Shown here in pieces: positions 29,801 through 42,500 of a stretch of 64,000 nucleotides of DNA; position 1 is the stretch's first letter; each line of letters begins with the position of its first letter. The notes under the pieces were generated by a model. The model was not told the DNA's origin. It saw only the letters and a program-made list of their open reading frames with translations, and ran no database searches. This stretch comes from the human T2T-CHM13v2.0 reference genome, Homo sapiens. The position numbers and the translations under genes are program-made. The stretch lies in the NCBI RefSeq assembly GCF_009914755.1, contig NC_060933.1; one strand, given 5' to 3'.

Positions 29801-32800
29801 GTTGATTCCATTCCTTTCCATTCCATTCCATTCCATTCCATTCCATTCCAATCGAGTTGATTGCATTCCATTCCATTCCATTCCATTCCACTCCATTCCA
29901 GTCCTTTCAATTCCATTCCACTCGGGTTGATTCCATTCTATTCCTTTCCATTCCATTCCATTCCATTGCAATCGAGTTGATTCAATTGCTTTGCATTCCA
30001 TTCCATTCCATTCCATTCCGGATGATTCCATTCCATTGCATTCCATTCCATTCCATTCCCCTGCACTCGGGTTGATTCCATTCCATTCCACTCCATTCGG
30101 TTCCATCCCATTCCATTCCATTTTATTCGGGTTAATTCCATTCCATGCCATTCCATTCCATTCCATTCCATTCCATTCCATTCTATTACAATCGAGTTGA
30201 TTCCATTCCATTCCATTCCATTCCATTCCATTCCATTCCAGTCCTTTCCATTCCATTCCACTCGGGTTGATTCCATTCTATTAGTTTCCATTCCATTCCA
30301 TTCCCTTCCATTCCACTCTGGTTGATTCCATTCCTTTCCATTCCAATCGAATACATTCCCTCCTATTCCACTCGTATCGATTCCATTCCATTCCATTCCA
30401 TTCCATTCCATTCCATTCCATTCCTTTCCATTCCATTTCGTTCCATTCCATTCTATTCCGTACCATTCCATTCCATTCCATTCCTTTCCATTCCATTCCA
30501 TTCCATTCCACTCTTGTTGATTCCATTCCTTTCCATTCCATTCGGTTTGAAGGCATTCCATTCCATTCAATTCCATTCCATTGCATTCCATTCCATTCCA
30601 TTCCATTCCATTGTACTCGGGTTGATTCCATTCCATTCCATTCCATTCCATTCCATTCCATTCCATTCCATTACATTCCGTTGCATTCCATTCCATTACA
30701 TTCGGACTGATTCTATTCAACTCCCTTACTCTCCATTACATTCCATTCCATTCGGGTTGTTCCATTCCATTCCATTCCATTCCACTCCATTCCATTGCAC
30801 TCGGGTTGATTCCTTTCCATTCCATTCCATACCATTCCATTCCATTCCATTCCATTCCATTCCGTTCCATTCCGTTCCATTCCATTCCATTCCATTCTAT
30901 TCGGGTTAATTCCATTCCATTCCATTCCATTCCATTCTATTCCATTCCATTGCAATCGAGTTGAATCCATTGCATTTCATGCCATTCCATTCCATTCCAT
31001 TCCATTCCGGAAGATTCCATTCCATTGCATTCCACACCATTCCATTTCCCTGCACTCGCGTTGATTCCATTCCATTCCATTCCATTCCATTCCATTCCGT
31101 TCCGTTCCGTTCCATTCCATTCTATTCCATTCCATTGCATTCCATTCCGTTCCGTTCCATTCCATTCCATTCCATTCTATTTGGGTTAATTCCATTCCAT
31201 TCCATTCGATTGCAATCGAGTTGATTCCATTCCATTCCATTCCATTCCATTCCATTCCATTCCTTTCCATTACATTACGGATGATTCCATTCCATTGCAT
31301 TCCATTCCATTCCATTCCCCTGTACTCGGGTTGATTCCATTCCATTCCATTCCAATCTATGCCATTCCACTCGTATTGATTCCATTCTTTCCATTCCATT
31401 CAAGTTGAATCAATTCCATTGCATTCCATTACATTCGATTCCATTCGATTGCACTCGGGTTGATTCCATTCCATTGTATTCCATTCCATTCCATTCCATT
31501 CCATTCCATTCCATTCCGTTCCATTCCATTCCATTACATTCGGATTGATTCTATTCAATTCCCTTACACTCCATTACATTCCATTCCATTCGGGTAGTTT
31601 CCATTCCATTCCATTCCATTCCTCTCCATTCCATTGCACTCGGGTTGATTCCATTCCATTGCATTCCATTCGATACCATTCAATTCCATTCCGTTCCATT
31701 CCATTCCATTACATTCGGATTGATTCTATTCAACTCCCTTACTCTCCATTACATTCGATTCCATTCGGGTTGTTCCATTCCATTCCATTCCATTCCTCTC
31801 CATTCCATTGCACTCGGGTTGATTCCATTCCATTCCATTCCATTCCATTCCATTCCATTCCATTCCATTCCATTCCGTATGATTCCATTCCATTGCATTC
31901 CATTCCATTCCATTCCACTGCACTCGGTTGGATTCCATTCTATTCCATTCCATTCCATTCCATTCCATTCCATTCCATTCCATTCCATTCCATTCTATTC
32001 GGGTTAATTTCATTCCATTCCCTTCCATTCCATTCCATTCCATTCCATTCCATTCCATTGAAATCGAGTTGATTCCATTCCATTCCATTCCATTCCATTC
32101 CATTCCATTCTATTCGTGTTAATTCCATTCCATTCCATTCCATTCCATTCCCTTCCCTTCCATTCCATTCCATTCCATTCCATTCCATTCCATTCTATTA
32201 GGGTTAATTCCATTCCATTCCATTCCATTCCATTCCATTCCATTCCACTCCATTCCATGCCATTCCACTCGGGTTTATTCCATTCCTTTCCATTCCATTC
32301 GGGTTGAGTCCATTCCATTCCATTCCATTCCATTCCATTCCATTCCATTCCATGCCATTGCACTCGGGTTGATTCCATTCCTTTCCATTCCATTCGAATT
32401 GAACCCATTCCATTCCCTTCCATTCCATTCCATTCCATTCCATTCCATTGCTCACGGGTTCATTCCATTCCATTCCATTCCATTCCATTCCATTCCATTT
32501 CGTTCCATTCCATTATACTCCGTACCATTCCATTCCATTCCATTCCCTTCCATGCCATTTCACTCGGGTTTATTCCATTCCTTTCCATTCCATTCGGGTT
32601 GAATCCATTCCATTCCATTCCATTCCATTCCATTGCGCTCGGGTTGATTCCATTCCATTCTATGCCATTCCATTTCATTCCGTTCCATTCCATTCCATTC
32701 CTTTCCATTCCTTTCCTTTCAATTCCATTCCATTACATTCGGATTGATTCTTTTTAATTCCCTTACACTCCATTACATTCCATTCCATTCGGGTACTTTC

Positions 32801-33578
32801 CATTCCATTCCATTCCATTCCACTGCATTCTATTGCACTCGGATTGATTGATTCCATTAGATTGCATTCCATTCCATTCCATTCCCCTGCACTCGGGTTG
32901 ATCCCATTCCATTGCATTCCATTCCATTCCATTCCGTTCCATTCCATTCAATTCCATTCTGTTCAGGTTAATTCCATTCCATTCCATTCCATTCCATTCC
33001 ATTCCATTCCATTCCATCCCATTGCAATCTAGTTGATTCCATTGCATTCCATTCCATTCCATTCCATTCCATTGCATTCCATTCCATTCCATTCCCCTGC
33101 ACTCAGATTGATTCCATTCCATCCCATTCCGTTCCATTCCGTTCCATTACATTCCATTCCATTCTATTCGCGTTAATTCCATTCCATTCCATTCCATTAC
33201 ATTCCATTGCAATCGAGTTGATTCCATTCCATTCCGTTCCATTCCATTCCATTCCATTCCATTTCGTTCCATTCCATTCTATTCTGTACCATTCCATTCC
33301 ATTCCATTCCATTCCATTCCATTCCATGCCATTCCACTCGGGTTGATTCCATTGCTTTCCATTCCATTTGGGTTGAATCCAATCCATTCCATTCCATTCC
33401 ATTCCATTCCATTCCATTCCATTCCATTCCACTGCACTAGGTTTGATTCCATTCCGCTGCATTCCATTCCATTAAATTCCGTTCCATTCCATTCCATTAC
33501 ATTCGGATTGATTGTATTCAATTCCCTTACACTCCATTACATTCCATTCCATTCGGGTTGTTTCCATTCCATTCCATT

Positions 33579-33581
33579 CCG
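33579..33581. other. Strand-switch junction J2 (ATTCC to GGAAT) with CC microhomology
   Basis: ..ATTCCATT-CC-GTGTGCAATGGAATG.. CC ends the ATTCC pentamer and is also part of the type B motif AACCCGTGTGCAA. Confidence 0.95.
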
Positions 33582-36500
33582 TGTGCAATGGAATGGAATG
33601 GAATGGAATGGAATGGAATGGGTTCAACTAGAATGGAATGGAAAGGAATGGAATCAACCCGAGTGGAATGGCATGGAATGGAATGGAATGGAATGGAACG
33701 GAATGGAATGGAATCAACTCGATTGCAAAGGAATGTAATGGAATGGAATGGAACGGAATTAACGCAAATAGAATGGAATGGAAAGGAATGGAACGGAATG
33801 GAATGGAAAGAAATGGAATGGAATCAATCTGAGTGCAGGGGAATGCAATGGAATGGAATGCAATGGAATGGAATGGAATGGAATGCAATGGAATCACCTC
33901 GATTTCAATGGGATGGAATGGAATGGAATGGAATGGAAGGGAATGGAATGGAATGGAATTAACCTGAACAGAATGGAATGGAATGGAATGGAATGGAATG
34001 GAATGCAATGGAATGGAATCAATCAACCCGAGTGCAATAGAATGCAGTGGAATGGAATGGAATGGAATGGAATGGAATGGAATGGAATGAAATGGAATGG
34101 CAGGGAATGGAATGGAATCAACCCGAGTGCAAAGGAATGGAAAGTAATGGAATGGAATGGAATGGAATGGAATGGAATCAACCTGAGTGCAATGGAATGG
34201 AGTGGAATGGAATGTAATGGAATGGAAACAACCCGAATGGAATGGAATGTCATGGAGTGTAAGGGAATTGAATACAATCAATCCGAATGTAATGGAATGG
34301 AATGGAACGGAATGGAATGGAATGGAATGTAGTGGAATGGAATCAAACCTAGTGCAATGGAATGGAATGGAATGGAATGGAATGAAATGGAATGGAATGG
34401 AATGGAATGGAATGGAATGGATTGGTTCCAACCCAAATGGAATGGAAAACAATGGAATCAACCCGAGTGGAATGGCATGGAATGGAATGGAATGGAATGG
34501 AATGGAATGGAATGGAATGGTACAGAATAGAATGGAATGGAATGAAATGGAATGGAATGGAATGGAATGGAACGGAATGGAATGGAATCAACTCGATTGC
34601 AATGCAATGTAATGGAATGGAATGGAATGGAATTAACGCGAATAGAATGGAATGGAATGTAATGGAACGGAATGGAATGGAATGGGATGGAATGGAATCA
34701 ATCTGAGTGCAGGGGAATGGAATGGAATGGAATGCAATGGAATGGAATGGAATGGAATGGAATGGAATGCAATGGAATCAACTAGATTGCAATGGGATGG
34801 AATGGAATGGAATGGAATGGAAGGGAATGGAATGGAATGGAATTAACCTGAACAGAATGGAATGGAATGGAATGGAACGGAATGGAAGGGAATGGAATGG
34901 AATGGAATTAAGCTGAAGAGAATAGAATGGAATGGAATGGAACGGAATGGAATGGAATGGAATGGAATGGAATGCAATGGAATGGGATCAACCCGAGTGC
35001 AGGGGAATGGAATGGAATGGAATGCAATGGAATGGAATCAATCAACCCGAGTGCAATAGAATGCAGTGGAATGGAATGGAATGGAATGGAAAGTACCCGA
35101 ATGGAAAGGAATGTATTGGAGTGTAAGGGAATTAAAAAGAATCAATCCGAATGTAATGGAATGGAAGGGAACGGAATGGAATGGAATGGAATGGAATGGA
35201 ATGAAATGGAATGGCATGGAATGGAATGGAATCAACCTGAGTTCAATGGAATGGAATGGAATGGAATGGAATGGATTCAACCCGAATGGAATGGAAAGGA
35301 ATGGAATAAACCCGAGTGAAATGGCATGGAAGGGAATGGAATGGAATGGAATGGTAAGGAATAGAATGGAATGGAACGAAATGGAATGGAATGGAATGGA
35401 ATGGAATGGAATGGAATGGAATGAACCCGTGTGCAATGGAATGGAATGGAATGGAATGGAATGGAATGGGTTCAACTAGAATGGAATGGAAAGGAATGGA
35501 ATCAACCCGAGTGGAATGGCATGGAATGGAATGGAAAGGAATGGAATGGAATGGAATGGAATGGAATGGAATGGAATGGAATGGAATGAAATGGAATGGA
35601 AGGGAATGGATTGAAATGGAATGGAATGGAATGGAATGGAATCAACCCGAGTGCAATGTAATGGAATTGAATGGAATGGAATGGAATGGAATGGAATGAA
35701 TTCTACCCGAATGGAATGGAAAGGAATGGAATAAACCCGAGTGGAATGGCATGGAATGGATTGGAATGGAATGGAATGGAATACTACGGAAGAGAATGGA
35801 ATGGAACGAAATGGAATGGAATGGAATGAACACGTGAGCAATGGAATGGAATGGAATGGAATGGAATGGAATGGAATGGATTCAACTCGAATGGAATGGA
35901 AAGGAATGGAACCAACCCGAGTGGAATGGCATGGAATGGAATGGAATGGAATGGAATGGAACGGAATGGAATGGAATCAACTCGATTGCAAAGGAATGTA
36001 ATGGAATGGAATGGAACGGAATTAACGCAAATAGAATGGAATGGAAAGGAATGGAAAGGAATGGAATGGAAAGGAATGGAATGGAATCAATCTGAGTGCA
36101 GGGGAATGGAATGGAATGGAGTGCAATGGAATGGAATGGAATGGAATGCAATGGAATCACCTCGATTGCAATGGGATGGAATGGAATGGAATGGAATGGA
36201 AGGGAATGGAATGGAATGGAATTAACCTGAACAGAATGGAATGGAATGGTATGGAATGGAATGGAATGGAATGGAATGGAATGCAATGGAATGGAATCAA
36301 TCAACGCGAGTGCAATAGAATGCAGTGGAATGGAATGGAATGGAATGGAAAGTACCCGAATGGAATGGAATGGAATGGAGTGTAAGGGAATTAAAAAGAA
36401 TCAATCCGAATGTAATGGAATGGAATTGAAAGGAAAGGAATGGAATGGAATGGAATGGAATGGAATGGAATGGAATGGAATGAAATGGAATGGCATAGAA

Positions 36501-39500
36501 TGGAATGGAATCAACCCGAGCGCAATTGAATCTAATGGAATGGAATGGAATGGAATGGAATGGATTCAACCCGAATGGAATGGAAAGGAATGGAATAAAC
36601 CCGAGTGAAATGGCATGGAAGGGAATGGAATGGAATGGAATGGTACGGAGTAGAATGGAATGGAACGAAATGGAATGGAATGGAATGGAATGGAATGGAA
36701 TGGAATGGAATGAACCCGTGAGCAATGGAATGGAATGGAATGGAATGGATTGGAATGGATTCAACCCGAATGGAATGGAAAGGAATGGAATAAACCCGAG
36801 TGAAATGGCATGGAAGGGAATGGAATGGAATGGAATGGTACGGAGTAGAATGGAACGGAACGAAATGGAATGGAATGGAATGGAATGGAATGGAATGGAA
36901 TGAACCCGTGAGCAATGGAATGGAATGGAATGGAATGGAATGGAATGGAATGGGTTCAATTCGAATGGAATGGAAAGGAATGGAATCAACCCGAGTGCAA
37001 TGGCATGGAATGGAATGGAATGGAATGGAATGGAATGGAATGGAATGGAATGGATTCAACCCAAATGGAATGGAAAGGAATGGAATAAAAACGAGTGGAA
37101 TGGCATGGAATGGAGTGGAATGGAATGGAATGGAATGGAATGGAATGGAATGGAATTAACCCTAATAGAATGGAATGGAATGGAATGGAATAGAAGGGAA
37201 TGGAATGGAATGGAATGGAATGGAATTAACCCGAATAGAATGGAATGGAATGGAATGGAATGGAATGGAATGGAATCAACTCGATTTCAATGGAATGGAA
37301 TGGAATGGAATGGAATGGAAGGGAATGGAATGGAATGGAATGAAATTAACCCGAATAGAATGGAATGGAATGGAATGGAATGGAATGGAATGGAATAGAA
37401 TGTAATCCAACCGAGTGCAGGGGAATGGAATGGAATGGAATGCAATGGAATGGAATCATACGGAATGGAATGGAATGGAATGGAATGCAATGGAATGGAA
37501 TGGAATCAACCCGATTGCAATGGAATGGAGTGGAATGGAATGGAATGGAATGGAAACAACCCGAATGGAATGGAATGGAAAGGAATCGAATGGAATCAAC
37601 CTGAGTGCAGGGGAATGGAATGGAATGGAATGCAATGGAATGTAATGGAATGGAATGCAATGGAATCAACCCGAGTGCAATGTAATGGAATCGAATGGAA
37701 TGGAATGGAATGGAATGGATTCAACCCGAATGGAATGGAAAGGAATGGAATAAACCCGAGTGGAATGGCATGGAGTGGAGTGGAATGGAATGGAATGGAA
37801 TAGAATGGAATGGTACGGAATAGAATGGAATGGAACGAAATGGAATGGAATGGAATGGAATGGAATGGAATGGAATGGAATGGAATCAAACCGAGTGCAG
37901 GGGAATGGAATGGAATTGAAGGCAATGGAATGGAATCATCCGGAATTGAATGGAATGGAATGGAATCAACTCGATTGCAATGGAATGGAATGGAATGGCA
38001 TGGAATGGAATGGAATGGAATGCAATGCAATGGAATGCAATGGAATGGAATGGAATTAACCCGAATAGAATGGAATGGAATGGAATGGAAGTAAATGGAA
38101 TGGAAGGTAATGAACCCGAGTGCAGGGGAATGGAATGGAATGGAATGCAATGGAATGGAGTCATCCGAAATGGAACGGAAAGGAATGGAATGGAACCAAC
38201 CCGTGTGCAATGGAATTGAAAGGAATGGAATGGAATGGAATGGAATGGAATGGAATGGAATGGATTCAACCCGAATGGAATGGAAAGGAAGGGAATCAAC
38301 CCAAGTGGAATGGCATGGAATGGAATGGATTGGAATGGAATGGAATGGAATGCTACCGAATAGAATGGAATGGAACGAAATGGAGTAGAATGGAATGGAA
38401 TGGAATGCAATCAACCCGAGTGCAATGGAATGGAGTGGAATGGATTGGAATGGAATGGAAACAACCTGAATGGAATGGAATGAAATGGAGTGTAAGGGAA
38501 TTGAATACAATCAAACCGAATGTAATGGAATGGAATGGAACGGAATGGAATGGAATGGAATGGAATGCAGTGGAATGGAATCAAACCTAGTGCAATGGAA
38601 TGGAATTGAATGGAATGGAATGGAATGGAATGGAATGGAATGGAATGGAATCAATTCGATTGCAATGGAATGGAATGGAATGGAATGGAATGGAATGGAA
38701 TGGGTTCAACTCGAATGGAATGGAAAGGAATGGAATCAACCCGAGTGGAATGGCATTGAATGGAATGCAATGGAATGGAATGGAATGGAATGGAATGCAA
38801 TGGAATGGAATGGAATGCAATGGAATCAACCCGAGTGCTATGTAATGGAATTGAATGGAATGGAATGGAATGGAATGGAATGGATTCAACCCGAATGGAA
38901 TGGAAAGGAATGGAATAAACCCGAGTGGAATGGCATGGAATGGAGTGGAATGGAATGGAATGGAATGGAATGGAATGGAATGGTACGGAATAGAATGGAA
39001 TGGAACGAAATGGAATGTAATGTAATGGAATGGAATGGAATGGAATGAACCCGTGTGCAATGGAATGGAATGGAAAGGAATGGAATGGCATGGAATGAAC
39101 CAGTGTGCAATGGAATGGAATCGAATGGAATGGAATGGAATGGAATGGATTCAAGTCGAATGGAATGGAAAGGAATGGAATCAACCCGAGTGGAATGGCA
39201 TGGAATGGAATGGAATGAAATGGAATGGAATGGAATGGAATGGTACGGAATAGAACGGAATGAAACGAAATGGAATGGAATGGAATGGAATGGAATGGAA
39301 TGGAATGGAATGGAAAGGAATGGAATGGAATCAACCCGAGTGCAGGTGAATGGAATGGAATGGAAGGCAATGGAATGCAATCATCCGGAATTGAATGGAA
39401 TGGAATGGAATGCAATGGAATCAACTCGATTGCAATGGAATGTAATGGAATGGAATGGAATGGAATTAACCCTAATAGAAAGGAATGGAATGGAATGGAA

Positions 39501-42500
39501 TGGAATGGAAAGGAATGGAATGGAATCAACCCGAGTGCAGGTGAATGGAATGGAATGGAAGGCAATGGAATGCAATCATCCGGAATTGAATGGAATGGAA
39601 TGGAATGGAATGGAATCAACTCGATTGCAATGGAATGTAATGGAATGGAATGGAATGGAATTAACCCTAATAGAATGGAATGGAATGGAATGGAAGGGAA
39701 TGGAATGGAATGGAATGGAATGGAATTAACCGGAATAGAATGCAATGGAATGGAATGGAATGGAATGGAATGGAATGGAATGGAATGAAAAGGAATCAAC
39801 TCGATTTCAATGGAATGGAATGGAATGGAATGGAATGGAATGGAATGGAATGAAATTAACCCAAATAGAATGGAATGGAATGGAATGGAATGGAATGGAA
39901 TGGAATGGAATAGAGTGGAATGGAATGGAATGGAATAGAATGGAATCCACCCGAGTGCAGGGGAATGGAATGGAATGGAATGCAATGGACTGGAATCATA
40001 CGGAATGGAATGGAATGGAATGGAATGGAATCAACCGGATTGCAATGGAATGGAGTGGAATGGAATGGATTGGAATGGAAACAACCCGAATGGAATGGAA
40101 TGGAATGGAATGGAGTGTAAGGGAATTGAATAGAATCAATACGAATGTAATGGAATGGAATGGAACGGAATGGAATGCAATGGAATGGAATGGAATCCAA
40201 TGGAATGGGTTCAACCCGAGTGCAATGGAATGGAATCGAAAGTAATGGAATGGAATGGAATGGATTCAACACGAATGGAATGTAAAGGAATGGAATCAAC
40301 CCGAGTGGAATGGAATTTAATGGAAGGGAATGGAATGGAATGCAGTGAAATGGAATCAAACCTAGTGCAATGGAATGGAATGGAATGGAATGGAATGGAA
40401 TGGAATGGAATGGATTAGATTCAACCCAAATGGAATGGAAAGCAATGGAATCAACCCGAGTGGAATGGCATGGAATGGAATGGAATAGAATGGAATGGAA
40501 TGGAAAGGTACGGAATAGAATGGAATGGAACGAAATGGAATGGAATGGGATGGAATGGAATGGAATGGAATGGAATGGAATAGAATGGAATCCACCCGAT
40601 TACAGGGGAATGGAATGGAATGGAATGCAAAGGAATGGAATGGAATGGATTCAACCCGAATGGAATGGAAAGGAAAGGAATAATCCCGAGTGAAATGGCA
40701 TGGAAGGGAATGGAATGGAATGGAATGGTACGGAGTAGAATGGAATGGAACGAAATGGAATGGAATGGAATGGAATGGAATGGAATGAACCCGTGAGCAA
40801 TGGAATGGAATGGAATGGAATGGAATGGAATGGAATTTGTTCAACTCGAATGGAATGGAAAGGAATGGAATCAACCCGAGTGGAATGGCATGGATTGGAA
40901 AGGAATGGAATGGAATGGAATGGAATGGAATGGAATGGAATGGATTCAACCCGAATGGAATGGAAAGGAATGGAATAAACCCGAGTGGAATGGCATGGAA
41001 CGGAGTGGAATGGAATGGAATGGAAGGGAATGGTACGGAATAGAATGGAATGGAACGAAATGGAATGGAATGGAACGGAATGGAATGGAATGGAATGGAA
41101 TGGAATGGAATGGAATGAACCCGTGTGCAATTGAATGGAATCGAATGGAATGGAATGCAATGGAATGGATTCAACTAGAATGGAATGGAAAGGAATGGAA
41201 TCAACCCGAGTGGAATGGCATGGAATGGAATGGAATGGAATGGAACGGAATGGAATGGAATCAACTCGATTGCAAAGGAATGTAATGGAATGGAATGGAA
41301 CGGAATTAACGCAAATAGAATGGAATGGAAAGGAATGGAACGGAATGGAATGGAAAGAAATGGAATGGAATCAATCTGAGTGCAGGGGAATGCAATGGAA
41401 TGGAATGCAATGGAATGGAATGGAATGGAATGCAATGGAATCACCTCGATTGCAATGGGATGGAATGGAATGGAATGGAATGGAAGGGAATGGAATGGAA
41501 TGGAATTAACCTGAACAGAATGGAATGGAATGGAATGGAATGGAATGGAATGCAATGGAATGGAATCAATCAACCCGAGTGCAATAGAATGCAGTGGAAT
41601 GGAATGGAATGGAATGGAATGGAATGGAATGGAATGGAATGGAATGAAATGGAATGGCAGGGAATGGAATGGAATCAACCCGAGTGCAAAGGAATGGAAT
41701 GGAATGGAATGGAATGGAATGGAATGGAATGGATTCAACCCGAATGGAATGGAAAGGAATGGAATAAACCTGAGTGGAATCGCATGGAATGGAATGGAAT
41801 GGAATGGAATGGAATGGTACGGAATAGAATGGAATGGAAAGTAATGGAATGGAATGGAATGGAATGGAATGGAATCAACCTGAGTGCAATGGAATGGAGT
41901 GGAATGGAATGTAATGGAATGGAAACAACCCGAATGGAATGGAATGTCATGGAGTGTAAGGGAATTGAATACAATCAATCCGAATGTAATGGAATGGAAT
42001 GGAACGGAATGGAATGGAATGGAATGTAGTGGAATGGAATCAAACCTAGTGCAATGGAATGGAATGGAATGGAATGGAATGAAATGGAATGGAATGGAAT
42101 GGAATGGAATGGAATGGATTGGTTCCAACCCAAAAGGAATGGAAAACAATGGAATCAACCCGAGTGGAATGGCATGGAATGGAATGGAATGGAATGGAAT
42201 GGAATGGAATGGTACAGAATAGAATGGAATGGAATGAAATGGAATGGAATGGAATGGAATGGAACGGAATGGAATGGAATCAACTCGATTGCAATGCAAT
42301 GTAATGGAATGGAATGGAATGGAATTAACGCGAATAGAATGGAATGGAATGTAATGGAACGGAATGGAATGGAATGGGATGGAATGGAATCAATCTGAGT
42401 GCAGGGGAATGGAATGGAATGGAATGCAATGGAATGGAATGGAATGGAATGGAATGGAATGCAATGGAATCAACTAGATTGCAATGGGATGGAATGGAAT

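Larger units (their letters stand above)
17472..31018 (-). promoter_or_regulatory. Nine perfect 3-unit heat-shock-element matches in the inverted block (17472, 19002, 20800, 21757, 22686, 24837, 27622, 29580, 31004)
   Basis: ATTCCGGAAGATTCC on + (27622 is ATTCCGGAATATTCC), the reverse complement of nGAAnnTTCnnGAAn. Function untested. Confidence 0.5.
15531..33580 (-). repeat. HSat3 block 2, reverse orientation (ATTCC on + strand), ~18 kb; type A from 15531 to ~31860, type B from ~31870 to 33580
   Basis: Abrupt switch to (ATTCC)n with ACTCGGGTTG motifs at 15531 and back at 33581. The ORF track flips MEWNG peptides to the minus strand over exactly this interval. Confidence 0.96.
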
